Shown one piece after another: positions 15,091 to 27,784 of a DNA stretch of 64,000 bases. Location: assembly GCA_951406725.2 (NCBI GenBank), contig OX597828.1, positions 16,492,001 to 16,556,000 on the forward strand. Direction: 5' to 3'. Both the position numbers and the translations under genes were made by a program. Below the pieces are notes generated by a model. That model worked only from the letters and a program-made list of their open reading frames with translations, searched no databases and had not been told where the DNA came from. The stretch's first letter is position 1, and each line of letters starts with the position of its first letter. Source of the stretch: Octopus vulgaris. Taxonomy: Eukaryota.

Positions 15091-15611
15091 CTCTGCGCAC
15101 ATCCCATTACATAGCATGTAATGTTTTATTCAATCGTTATTTCTTAGTCTTGACTACAATAGAGAGAGCGTTCGGAGGCGTCACGATGTTTATATAGTCT
15201 GCTTGCGTCTGTCAGTATATATTAGACCATTCTTAAGCCATTAACTCCTCTACACAATACAAACATACACGCATACGTATCAAAACATGCATGCATACAT
15301 AAATGCGCATATATACACATACACACATATACATACCGTGCATATAAATATGTAATAATTTCGTTTTTCATAACGTTTGTTATGTAATTTTTTTTTATCA
15401 GAGAATCATCGCCGTCGCCGTTCTCATAATCATCACCATCATCATAATTACCAGCTGTAGTACCAGCAGCATTGCTGCTGCTGCTACTACTACTATTACT
15501 ACTACTACTACTACTACTACTACAGTTACCAGGACCTATATACGAGTACATATGAATGCACAGCCGTGTGTGTTTGTATATGTATGTATGTATGTATGTA
15601 GCATGTATGTA

Positions 15612-15668
<57 letters not shown>

Positions 15669-15675
15669 ATATTTA

Positions 15676-15741
<66 letters not shown>

Positions 15742-15763
15742 CATATACACTTTCACGCATATA

Positions 15764-15799
<36 letters not shown>

Positions 15800-15925
15800 T
15801 GCATGTATATATGTATGTATGTATGCATGTATGTATGTATGTATGTATGAATATATATATAGATATATATATATGTATATATATATGTGTATATTTATAT
15901 AATATATATATATATATATATAGAG

Positions 15926-15960
<35 letters not shown>

Positions 15961-17162
15961 CATATACACTTACACGCATATATATATATATATTTATATA
16001 TATATATATACATACGTTACACGCACACACACAAACATATATAAGCTATAAGAAACATATTTGTACACAGACACACATATCTATTTGTGTACATACACAC
16101 ACATACACATACAAAGAGTGAGAAAGAAGCAGAAAAACAGAACGAGAGAGAGAGAGAGAGAAAGGGGTAGGGGTGTGTATGTGTGTGTGGGGGCGGGTAG
16201 GAAAAGGAGAGAAATAGAGGTGAGGAGGATAAAGTGCGATTACGTTGTAAATTACTTTCATTGTGATCGTATTAATGAGGTTTTAGCAGTATACGATATC
16301 TGATGATCTCATTGGAGAGGTTTCCATTTTATCCATCTATATCCATATCCATAACCGTGCCTGTTATTCTTCCATATATATATATACTACTATCGTTCCT
16401 CCATACTTTCTTGTTAATATCACAAACCGTTGTTGTCGATTTTTCCCCGATATTTCAGAGAGATTAATAACCACACCGCCACCGCACATCACATCACACT
16501 CCCTTAGTTGAGCTTCATACTAAGAGAATACAGAGGCATACTGTCAACCTTCCAACTCCCGGATCAATAAATCCATCTCGGATAAAATGAAAATACGAAA
16601 TTAAGCTTTCCCCCGTCTTATCGACACATCAACTCTTTCATAGCTATACTTCTTTTATTCGAAGAATAGCGGCCAACAATGGTACCAGAAAATGGCGGAA
16701 GGAGTTTTCGATTGCCGCTTGAGTAGGAGATATGGAAAGAAAAAAAATATAGAAAAATAAAAAAAATAAGAATAAAAATAAAATAAACGAAATAAAAAAA
16801 AGATAAAAAAAAGCTACATAATGCCACAAACAAAAAACAAAACAAAAACAAGAAACTCACAAACAAAAAGAAACTAAACAACAACTATACAAAAACAAAT
16901 ACAACACCGATTTCATGGTAATTCATCTGTCTTCGTTTCCATTGAATGAAAACTCCAGTATCATTGACAATATGAAGAGCTTCCTGTTGTGTTAATGGCA
17001 ATGGTATTTAATATTATTATTATTTTCATCATCATCATCATCATCATCATCGTCATCGTCATCACCATCATCATCATCATCAGCAGCAGAATTTTTATTA
17101 TTACTGTTGTTGTTGGTGGTAGTGCTGATAGTGTTTTTGTTGTTTGTTGTTATCTGTTTCTT

Positions 17163-17223
<61 letters not shown>

Positions 17224-17415
17224 GTTTGAAAATGACATGCGAAAATATTCTCGGCTACATTTTCATTGTCCTCCAATCTCTTTAGAAATTACACGCTAGC
17301 ATCTTGGTCTAGTTTAGTTTCTATCCATCACAACGGTGGCAATGGTTTGATTCCTATCTTTCTTTATTAAGCATCTCCCATCCCTATCTCTCTCTCACAT
17401 GCTCATTCTCTCTTG

Positions 17416-17496
<81 letters not shown>

Positions 17497-17829
17497 CGTG
17501 CATATATCTTTATACTCATATACATAAATAAATCATTTAAAGTATTATCTCGAAGCAAATCCAGACATTTATAAAGATTTGCCGTGTATTGGGTCGAAAA
17601 TATGGTCAAAGGCTACCTGTGGGATTCAAATTCACTCCCTTTCTACAGGGGTTCTAGTCCCGTTGATAACCGTGGCTCTTTTTTATCCCTCACGGGGCTT
17701 ATAACCCGGTATATTACAAACTATTATCTCTAAATGTATTTTCTGCTTGATACACCGTTAAATATATTTACATAGTTGTTCATGTTTCTATGTTTGCCTT
17801 GTAAATATAAATAAATATCCTTGTATAAA

Positions 17830-18355
17830 CTTGTATGACTGGGTGGTTAAAGAGCTCACTTTACATCCACGTGATTTCGGGTTCAGTTCCATAGCGCAAC
17901 TCCTTGCAAAATTTTCATGTACTGTAGCTTCGGGCCGACTTTGCCTTGTGAATCTATTTGTGTGGAAATCCATTGCGTGTGTATGTGAGTGTATATGTGT
18001 GTGTGTGTGGGTGTATATATATATATATATATATCTTTAGTCAATTCAAATAAACGAATGAAATTAACGCACAAGAAATGTATCAGCTTGACGCTTGGTG
18101 AAAAGAGTTTGACGTTTCGAGCATAGCACTTCGTCAGAAAGGGGAAAGGGAAAGATCCAAGAAAAACCTCTATTAAACAATTCAATAATGAAAGATATTA
18201 TTCATACCATATAGAAAACATATACTATAAAAACCTTATTCTAAAAACCAATAAAGTACAATAAATGGTAAATAGTAGTAAAAGACTACGCGCGTTTCCT
18301 GGCTATATTTTCAAATAGATAATAGTATAATCAATTCGATTTAAAATTAAATCGA

Positions 18356-18400
<45 letters not shown>

Positions 18401-18635
18401 TGTGTGTGTTTGTGTGTATGCTTTTATGCCTATGCTTGTCACATGCCCCATCATTTGACAGCCGGTGTTGTTTTCTTTACATCTCCGTAACTTGGAGTTT
18501 AGGTAAAAGAAACCGATAGAATAAAGACCAGGTTTTAAAAGAACAAAAGTTTGGGAATCGATTTATTCAACTAAATCCCTGTAAGGCAGAGCCCCAGCAT
18601 GGCCACAATCCGATAAGTGAAACATATGAAAGATA
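17830..18635 (+). mobile_element. Diverged SINE family A copy split at its internal microsatellite by a Penelope-like insertion (18036-18360)
   Basis: Head half 17830-17975 and tail half 18400-18635. The insert is flanked by (TA)n on both sides. Confidence 0.7.
18108..18140 (-). ncRNA. Minimal type I hammerhead ribozyme motif
   Basis: Minus: ttt-CTGACGA-a-GTGC-tat-GCTC-GAAA-CG-TC-aaa. GUC cleavage triplet; one mismatch in stem II. Confidence 0.68.
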
Positions 18636-18892
18636 AGTGAAACATATGAAACATATTGTAATGTGCACGTTATAACCAATGTTTTAAAATTCCATGTGTT
18701 TCTTTATAGCATTATGAGAGAGCCTGTGTAAAGAATCCACCGTGTTTGGGCGGACATTTTTGGTTGGTACGATTCTTGGTTCTGAAGGTAAAAGAGGTAA
18801 GCCTGGAGAACACATCATGTGATATGATGAACATCATGTGTGTGTGTGTGTGTACATACATACATACATACATACATACATACATACATACA

Positions 18893-18925
<33 letters not shown>

Positions 18926-20367
18926 GCATGCATACATACATACATACATGTCAGTTCTATATATCTGTCTATCTATCTGTATGTATGTATGTATGTGTGT
19001 GTATGGATACGTACACACTCATATACGCATAAACATACACACTCACCCACGCACATAATCGCACACACATATATATGAACATATACAATATACTCGCGTG
19101 CACGCAAACACTCACACACATACTTATATACACACATATATACATACAAACACAAATGCGCGCGTGTGTTTCTTTATATATGTTTTCAGGCTCTTGTCCA
19201 TTACTGTTTTTATCACTGTATGGTTTGAACAACCCAACAACAACCACAAAAAGGCTACAAACAAAAAGAAATAAAAAAGAAAAGAAATGGAAACACCTCT
19301 TGCGAGCAATACGGACTAGCCTGTACTATTGTCATATCATGTTTCCATAATTTGTAAACCAGTATTTTAGAAAACGTGTACTTTTTGCTTTGGAAATTTT
19401 AGACTACATAAAATATTGATGATTAATGCTTGTTATGTTTCGTATTTGTTCTTTTCTGAATCCACTCTCGAGTCTTAGCCTATGAACACGAGCTGTCTAT
19501 TCATGTACAAAATAAACATTTCCAAGAGTTGTATAGCAAAAGCACAATACCACTGCTTATGTTAAACTAATTACGAGAAAAACCTTATTTTACAATTTAA
19601 ACACAGATAACGTAAAAATAAATATATAAAAACAGAGGGAGAAATAAAACTGTTAACTGTATCAAAAATAATAAACTGCTTTCGCAATTTGAAACAAAAT
19701 CTGGTTTTCGGCGTGGATTTTTGCTGTTGTGTAAAAGATGTTTGAGTGTATGGCGGATATATAGTGTGAAAATAAAAGCTGATGTAATCTGATAAAAGGA
19801 AAAGGAGGAGGAGAGACGAGAGGGGGAGGAGAAGATAGAATATGAAGACGATGGAAAACAACATCAACTTGTACTGCTGCTGCTGCTACTACTACTACTA
19901 CTACAAACAGAAAGTAACTTGAAAGAAGTCAAAAGTTCAGCGTAAGGTGAGAATTTTGTTAAAACTTGGCAACTTTTTCTTTCCCTTGCTAAGTATTTCA
20001 GAGTTTTAAATTTCTTTACACTTCAACATTTGTTACACTTAGAAGTTTGTGGCGATCGTTTGCAGTAAAGAAAGATCATCGTCTGTGGTTTTTTCATTTT
20101 TTTAGCATATTATCGTCTGCCTTTTTTCTCTTTTGCGTTTTGAAAGCTGGTTTGGGTTTATGTAACGTGTCAAATTTTGCAAAAACAATGGACGTAACTG
20201 TTTTATTAGTAAACTGAAAATTTTAAGACAAACATTTTAAAATAATTTCATAAACACGAAACACCGTTAGACTGAACTTAAAATAACATTTAATATTAAA
20301 AAATAAAACATTTGTTTGAAATTGGTCTTTGTATTTAAAACTTATGAACATATACATTTAGGTTATA

Positions 20368-20657
20368 TCACCGTCACCGTGACCGACCAGGCTATCAGAT
20401 GTTGCTACACATCGCTGGTTACAATGCGCTTCGCATTATTTTAGCTTTCAAATGACACCACCCCGCTGGCTAGGCGAGCGGGCCAACAGAAGAAAGAGTG
20501 AGAGAAAGTTGTGGCGAAATAGTTCAGCAAGGATCGCCACCACCCGCTGCCGGAGCTCGTGGAGCTTTAGGTGTTTTCGCTCCCGGTCTGGGAATCGAAA
20601 TCGCGATCCTACAACCGCGAGTCTGCTGCCCTAACCACTGGGCCATTGCGCCTCCAC
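20368..20657 (-). mobile_element. SINE family D (head and body related to family C, different tail)
   Basis: Minus: ggaggcgcaatggcccagtggttagggcagcagactc...tttcgccacaactttctctcactct...gtgtagcaacatctgatagcctggtcggtcac. Second copy at 52568-52870. Confidence 0.88.
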
Positions 20658-21620
20658 ACATTTAGTTTATATATTTGGCTAAATAAAAAAAAGATATTGA
20701 TTCATTTTATTCAAATTCAATCTTAGAATGTTTCAAAGTATTGCCTTGGTCACTAAATCGATTAAAATAACAAATACCTAAAATGAGTTAAATTCCATGT
20801 ATGAGATAGCAAACGTTTCTCTATATTTATGAAGTTCGTACGGCTATTAGATAGAATGACCAACGTAACGCGAAACCCAGAACTACGTTTTTGCATAATT
20901 TTTGCTTAATTTTAGTCTGACGTCTATACTCGAATAATTGGAATGAGAGGCAAATTAGAATTGGTAGGTTTTGATGGTTGTCTTATTGTAATTCTTGTAC
21001 TAAAGCTCTATGCATTTCTGCATTATATAGTCTAACTGCGTAACGAGGTCTACCCAGTGCACTGCTTCTTACGGCAGAAACAGCTCTAAAGCTGATGAAG
21101 CTGATTACATAATTATTGTTTGCTGTTAATCAACGATTTATATTAAGTTCTGGACTCACCTAACATTTTATTCTAAAGAATATTATACATTGTGTTCAAA
21201 CGACTGGTTATTAGTATCACAACGCCTAATTGAAATCATCATTATCACACACACACGCGTGCGCGCATACAGAGCAATGTGCAGTTACTGCAGTAGAAAC
21301 ATATGTTGTTCATCGTTATACATGCTGTAGAAAACCTTTTAATAAAATGTTTTTGGTGTGAATGAAACTCCACTCTCCTCTTGGTTATCAAATATATGTC
21401 TCAAGCATAATGAAGCCTTGTATAGAAAATAGAAATGATTCGAATTGATCACTAAAATTTAGGAATGAATACGTCAAGTACAGTTCGTCTCCTATCGAGA
21501 TTACACGTTGAATTTCTATAAGATGACAGATGCTATACAAATCTGTTTCGAAAGCAGTAGATGCTGGTCATAATGCGATAATGCAATCTGTAAATAAAAG
21601 GATTGCAAGAGGTAGTCGAG

Positions 21621-21709
21621 CACTACTGATGTTTCAAAAGTACACCAGGTGAATTTTACGTAACATTGGGAATGTCTCATAGTAATCTAGTATGCTTTTT
21701 CATCAGGTG
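21621..21709 (-). ncRNA. Type I hammerhead ribozyme, tandem copy 1 (core intact)
   Basis: Minus: cac-CTGATGA-aaaagcatactag...ctggtgtactttt-GAAA-C-ATCA-G-TA-gtg. Stem I cac/gtg, 13-bp stem II with one mismatch, GUA triplet. Confidence 0.8.
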
Positions 21710-21750
21710 TAATGCAATCTGTAAATAAAGTATTGCAAGAGGTAGTCGAG

Positions 21751-21839
21751 CACTACTGATGTTTCGAAAGTACACCAGGTGAATTTTACGTAACATTGTG
21801 AATGTCTCATAGTAATCTAGTATGCTTTTTTATCAGGTG
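21751..21839 (-). ncRNA. Type I hammerhead ribozyme, tandem copy 2 (G8 to A)
   Basis: Same as copy 1, but the core reads CTGATAA. Confidence 0.65.
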
Positions 21840-21880
21840 TAATGCAATCTGTAAATAAAGTATTGCAAGAGGTAGTCGAG

Positions 21881-21969
21881 CACTACTGATGTTTCGAAAG
21901 TACACCAGGTGAATTTTACGTAACATTGTGAATGTCTCGTAGTAATCTAGTATGCTTTTTCATCAGGTG
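21881..21969 (-). ncRNA. Type I hammerhead ribozyme, tandem copy 3 (core intact)
   Basis: cac-CTGATGA...ctttc-GAAA-CATCAG-TA-gtg. First stem II pair is A-C. Confidence 0.78.
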
Positions 21970-22553
21970 TATACATAGCACGGCTTCGCTTAAAGTAGTC
22001 CTCCGCGATGAAGAATTAGAAGGAAAAAAAATTGAAAGTGGAACCGGTAAATATCGAATGGCGTGCTCTCCTCAGCGATTAATTTGTGAAATAGATAAAG
22101 CTGTGGTTTCATTTCATTAGGTGTATACTGAAATTATTCTGGTGGCTAGATCAGATTATTGCCTCATTGATGTATAAGTGGCGTCAATGATGGGAAGTCG
22201 GTGAATCAAAAGCCGCGATGTTTATTACTTATCAAAGATAAACATGAATATTAAAATCTCATAGGAGGAAAATGGGGAAAAGAAATAGAAGGGTAAAAGT
22301 AAAAAAAGAAAATTGAATAAGAACTAATCGAAATAACGTTAGTTAAGTTAGTTGTATGTACACACATAGGAATACACTAGTCCACACTCTCACACACACA
22401 TACACACACACGCAGACTCACACGTACGTACACACACACAACATAGACGTACGCGTACGAAGTATATCCGTATATTCATATAATTTAAGACTATATAAAC
22501 AAATATAAAGAAATATACACGCACAAACAGATGCGCGCGCACACACACGCATA

Positions 22554-22599
<46 letters not shown>

Positions 22600-22636
22600 C
22601 ATACATACATACATGCATACATACACACACACATAT

Positions 22637-22731
<95 letters not shown>

Positions 22732-22813
22732 TATATATTAGACAAAAAGAGATAACGAAGCCAAGGCTGTGAGGAGTTTTCAGGACATTTATAAGGAAAG
22801 AGATATAGATATA

Positions 22814-22860
22814 GTCTTATAACTGTTTCTGGGATATTATGGATATCCCTTCATCAGAGA
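22814..22860 (-). ncRNA. Type I hammerhead motif in a (TA)n-adjacent Penelope-like fragment
   Basis: Minus: tct-CTGATGA-a-GGGATAT-ccata-ATATCCC-a-GAAA-CAGTTA-TA-aga. Perfect 7-bp stem II; stem III decayed from CAGCTG. Confidence 0.68.
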
Positions 22861-23186
22861 TGGTTAAGTGGAGGTAAATGTTTCATTTCGAAATACACGC
22901 ACAAATATGCGTATAGGCATATATATTCCATGATATATACGCGGACAAGCATACGAATATGTATCTACAAACTCGCTACACACACAATAACTCAGAAGAA
23001 AATTAAATATACCAACTAATTGATACACACTTAGACGTTAATTTTTACAAACGAATACCATCATACAGGATTGAAATAGAGGTGCAATATAAAGTATATG
23101 GAGTATATATGTAATCGTTATCTATTCCACTCTCTCCTCCCATGTTTTTTATGCTTTCTGCTTGCCGGCATCTTATTTTGCATTCT

Positions 23187-23227
23187 CTAATATGGCGGTC
23201 GTCCTTCAATGGAGCAGTCGTATACAC
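23187..23227 (-). CDS. Possible terminal coding exon of the candidate minus-strand gene (GVYDCSIEGRPPY*)
   Basis: Acceptor ctgtacttttcgctcag; phase 1 fits the 24495 donor. Other acceptors near 23870 and 23960 are alternatives. Confidence 0.25.
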
Positions 23228-23353
23228 CTGAGCGAAAAGTACAGCGAACTGATATGAAACATCTGTAATGTTACGTAATACGCACTTGATGTGCTTTTGA
23301 AACATATGTAGTAGTTGATTACCTCTTCCATTCCATTATTTACAGATATGAAA

Positions 23354-23413
<60 letters not shown>

Positions 23414-23650
23414 ATGTATGTATATACGTATGTATGTATGTATGTATGCATGTATGTATGTATGTATGTATGTATGTATGTATGTATGTATGTATATATG
23501 CATGTATGTATGTATATTCCAGCATGCCCACTGCCTTTGGGCTGAAACGTATAAGAAAATGAAAGAATATATACGAATGTATACCTCGATAGAGCTATCT
23601 ATATGTATATTTGTATTTATAGCATATACATGCACACTATTATATGCGTG

Positions 23651-23748
<98 letters not shown>

Positions 23749-24046
23749 CCTATCTATCTTTCTATCTATCTATATGTATGCACATATACACACATGATAT
23801 ATATGCGCGCGCATATAAACACAGAAAATTGGTTTTTGTTAACTAATCCGTTCGGTAGTCCGATTGGTCCTGAGAGACTAAATACAAACACTAACTTAAT
23901 CTCAAGAACATCAGAAAGCAGATTCTGGAGGCACGGGACAAAACCAATGAAAAGGTCCCCCTGTATGTATGTATGTATGTATGTATGTATGTATGTATGT
24001 ATGTACGTACGTACGTACGTAAGTATGTATGTATGTTTATATTATG

Positions 24047-24080
<34 letters not shown>

Positions 24081-24412
24081 TGTATGTATGTATGTATTAT
24101 GTATGTATGGACGTACGTATGTATGTATATATTATTTACGTACGTATATACGTGTGTATGTATTTATGTATTTATGCACGTACGTACGTTTGCATGTATG
24201 TATGTATATGCGCATGCGTGTGTGTGGGTGCATGTATGTCTGTATGTAAGCATGTGCATATTTAGGTATGTTTCGTGTATAACGTATAAGTGTATGTCTT
24301 AATGTATGTATGCCTGTTTTTATGTATATAATATATACATACACACACACACACACAAACACACATACACACACATATATATATATATATACACACACAT
24401 ACACACACACAC

Positions 24413-24458
<46 letters not shown>

Positions 24459-24494
24459 GCATGTGCATGTGTGTATGTATGCAGGCATGTTCAC

Positions 24495-24602
24495 CCTTAT
24501 ATTCCTGATCACCATTATCCATCCTGTCCTCCGACTTATCTTCGTCGTCGTGCTTCTCCGCCACTTCCTCCCGATCATCGGCTGGAACATCTGGAATATT
24601 AA
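24495..24602 (-). CDS. Candidate internal exon (phase 1-1), acidic segment NIPDVPADDREEVAEKHDDEDKSEDRMDNGDQEYK
   Basis: GC-rich unique island between microsatellites. Branch-like cactaat plus tttag acceptor (alternative in-frame ccag at 24591), donor G|GTGAAC, 108 nt. Confidence 0.55.
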
Positions 24603-24659
24603 CTAAATGTAGGAGATTAGTGATTAGCGAATTAGTGTTAGGATTTTAAGTTTGAAGAG

Positions 24660-25777
24660 CGAGGGAGAGTGAGAGAGAGAGGGGGGACGGGGAGAGAAAA
24701 AGTGAGCAAGATGGAGAGGGATAAGGATACAGTAATGAGAGAAGAAGAGTAAGCGAGAAAAAGACAGAGTAAGGAAGAGTGAAAGACAGCAAGAGAGAGA
24801 GAGAGAGATAGAGAGAGAGAGACAGAGTAGGGGTGAGGGGAAAGTGAGAAAAACTAAGAGAGAGACTGACAGATTGGGAGAGGGGGTAGGAGTGATACAG
24901 TGAGAAACAAAGAGAGAAAATGAAAGGGGTAGAAAGAGAGAGAGAGAATGAGAAAGAGGGGCTACGAAAGAAAGATAGAGAGAGAAAGAGAACGGAAAAG
25001 ATAACTGGAGAGAGTGGAGAAGGAGAGGGACAGAGAGAGAAAGACAGAGAAAGAGAAATGGGAGAGAGAGAGGAGAAGAGGAGCAGAGAGAGAGAGAAAG
25101 ACAGAGAAGAGAAAGAGAAATGAGAGAGAGAGAGAGAGGAGAGAAGGAGCAGAGAGAGAGAGAGAGAGAAAAGGCTGGACAACCGGAAGTTAGACAATTG
25201 ATCAGGGACCTGAATACTTAAGACCACAAAATCCCCATCACATATCAGAGAAGGGGTCGGGTAAAGGGTAGTTGTCAATTAAGCATTTGTCCCTTATAAT
25301 ATTAACAGAACTCTTCAGACATATTCCCACCCTTAAATTTCGCCTACATACTCCCAGCATTCCTTTTCAGTTTACACGTTTCACTTTCTTTCATCATTCG
25401 CTTATTCCGCCCACCTTTCTTTCCTTCTTTCTCTCTTTCATTCTGTCTTTCGTTCTTTTTTCTTCCTCTCTTTTCTTCTTCGCTTATTCCGCCCAACTTC
25501 CTTTCCTTCTTTCATTCTTTCTTTCTTTCTTTCTTTCTTCACTTCTTCCCTTCTTTCTTTCCTTTTTTCTTTCTTTCTTACTTACTTACTTTCTTTCTTT
25601 CTTTCTTCGTTTCTTCGTTTCTTTTTCTTTCTTCCTCACTTTCTTTTTCCTTTCTTTCCTTCATGCCGCAATTCTTTCCTTTTCTTTCTTTCTTTCTTTC
25701 TTCATTACTTCGTCTATTTTTCTTTCTTTCTATTTTTCTTTTCTGTTTCTCTCCTTCATTCCGCCATTCCTTCCTTT

Positions 25778-25814
<37 letters not shown>

Positions 25815-26025
25815 GTTTATTTGTCTCTTTCTCTTTCTTTCTCACTTTCTTTTTCTTTCTTTCCTTCCTGCCACCATTCCTTCCTTTTCTTTCCTTCCTT
25901 CCTTCCTTCCTTCCTTCCTTCCTTCCTTCCTTCCTTCCTTCCTTCCTTCCTTCCTTCCTTCCTTCCTTCCTTCCTTCCTTCCTTCCTTCCTTCCTTCCTT
26001 CCTTCCTTCCTTCCTTCCTTCTTTC
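24660..26025. repeat. Polypurine (GA-rich) tract followed by polypyrimidine (TTTC/TTCC) tract
   Basis: GA-rich 24660-25170 and CT-rich 25415-26025. Confidence 0.9.
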
Positions 26026-26605
26026 CCTACCACAAATTGCTTGACGACAACCAAAGAACTGAAGGAGGCTAATGAAAGCGAAAGGAGTGAGTCAGGTAGG
26101 GGCGAGGGTTAAATTATAATTCCTTTCGAAATGGGCATGTCAGACCCAGAAAGGAGGTGCGTGTGCGCGCGCCCGTTTGCTTGTGTAAATGCATGTCTGC
26201 GTGTGCGTGCAGGGGCGTGTGTGGGTGAGCGCGCCCATGTATGAGTGTGCGTGCTTCCGTGTGTGGATGCCCATGTGTGTACGTGTGTGTGTTCGTGTGT
26301 GTTTGTGTGTGCCTCTGTGTGAGTGTGTGTGTGTGTGTATTCGCAAGTGTATGCTAGAGATGCGCCTGGATGTGTATGCGTGCTTCTGTATATATGCATA
26401 TTTCCAAATATCTGCATACTAATTTGTGACAGTGTCTACGTATGTAGAAGTATGTGTGTATGTGTGTGTTTGTTTGCAAATATGCACGCACACACACACA
26501 AGCTCAAACACACACATTCAAACACATGCACACACACACATACATGTATGTGTGTAGAAGTGTATTTCTCTGTTCGTGTATGTGTTTTCAAATTTGTGCA
26601 TGCAT

Positions 26606-27099
26606 AGGCGGAGGCGTTGCTCTGTGGGGGTGGGGGGTGGAGAAGCTTGCTTCCCATCCACGTGGTTCCGGATTCCTCCTCACTGCGTGGCACCTTGGGC
26701 AAGTGCCTTCTACTATACCCCCGGCCTGACCGAGACCTTTTGCGTGGATTTTGTAGACGGAAACTGAAAGAAGCCTATCCTACACACACACGCACACATG
26801 TATAAATACAGTAATCCCTCGCCATATCGCAGTTCACCTATCGCGGTTTAATTATTTAAGATTACGTGTTGTTGTTTTGCATTTATAAAAAATATATAAA
26901 TATATAGAAATTATAAACAGCCGAATGGCGGTGCCCCAGCATGGCTAAAGCTCGTGAGCTGAAACTAGATAAAATAAAAAATAAATAAAAATAAAAAAAA
27001 TATTCAAAAAATGTACAGTACAGTACTGTTTCTACTTCACGGATTTTCACCTAATGCAGGTAGTTTTGGAACGTAACACCCGCGATAGTCGCGGAATTA

Positions 27100-27148
<49 letters not shown>

Positions 27149-27360
27149 TGCGTGTGTCTTTGTGTCTGTGTTTGCCCCGCCCCTCACCATCGCTTGACAA
27201 CCGATGTTGGTGTGTTCACTTTCCATAACTTAGCGGCTCGGCAAAAGAGACGGATATAATAAATACTAGGTTTTTAAAAAAAATGTCCTGGGGCCAATTG
27301 TTCGGCAAAACCCTTCAAGACGGTGCTCCAGCATGGCCGCAGTCAAATCACTGAAAAGAA
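26606..27360 (+). mobile_element. Diverged SINE family A copy interrupted by a MITE
   Basis: Head half 26606-26776 and tail half 27150-27360. Confidence 0.8.
26809..27102. mobile_element. Tc1/mariner (pogo/Tigger-like) MITE
   Basis: TIRs cagtaatccctcg / cgcggaattactg, TA duplication on both sides. Confidence 0.85.
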
Positions 27361-27784
27361 ATTAAAAAAACAAAAGAATAGACGAATGTGTATGTAATGT
27401 GAAGGCGTAGCGTTGTCTTTCTCTATGTGTGTGTGTATGTGAGTGTGTGTGTGTGCATGTGCTTGTGCGTGCATGTGTTAGTGTGTGTATGCTTCTAAAT
27501 GAGCACATACATAAATGCATACATAAACACACACACACACACATGTTTTTAAAAATAAAAAATGGGACAAGAATCAAAACATCCGGACAGGTGATACAAA
27601 AATGCGACAAGAGAACATCCAGAGAGATGATACAAAGAAAACAAGGACGTTTTCTTTCCTCAGTCGAGTACCAGATTATCTTCACAATTTCGGCTGCTCA
27701 CTCTCTCTCAGTCTGTCTCTGTTTCGGATCAGTCTGCCTTGGTGGACCAAAGTATATTTGTGTATGAATTGGTGCGATTTCTGT

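Larger units (their letters stand above)
21579..21970 (-). repeat. Three 130-bp tandem units, each containing a type I hammerhead ribozyme (retrozyme/satellite-like)
   Basis: Units start taatgcaatctg at 21579, 21710 and 21840 and are near-identical. HHRs at 21621-21709, 21751-21839 and 21881-21969. Confidence 0.9.

Noticed and set aside
21579-21970. 130-bp array as a CRISPR array
   Set aside because: Units are identical along their whole length, with no repeat-spacer alternation.
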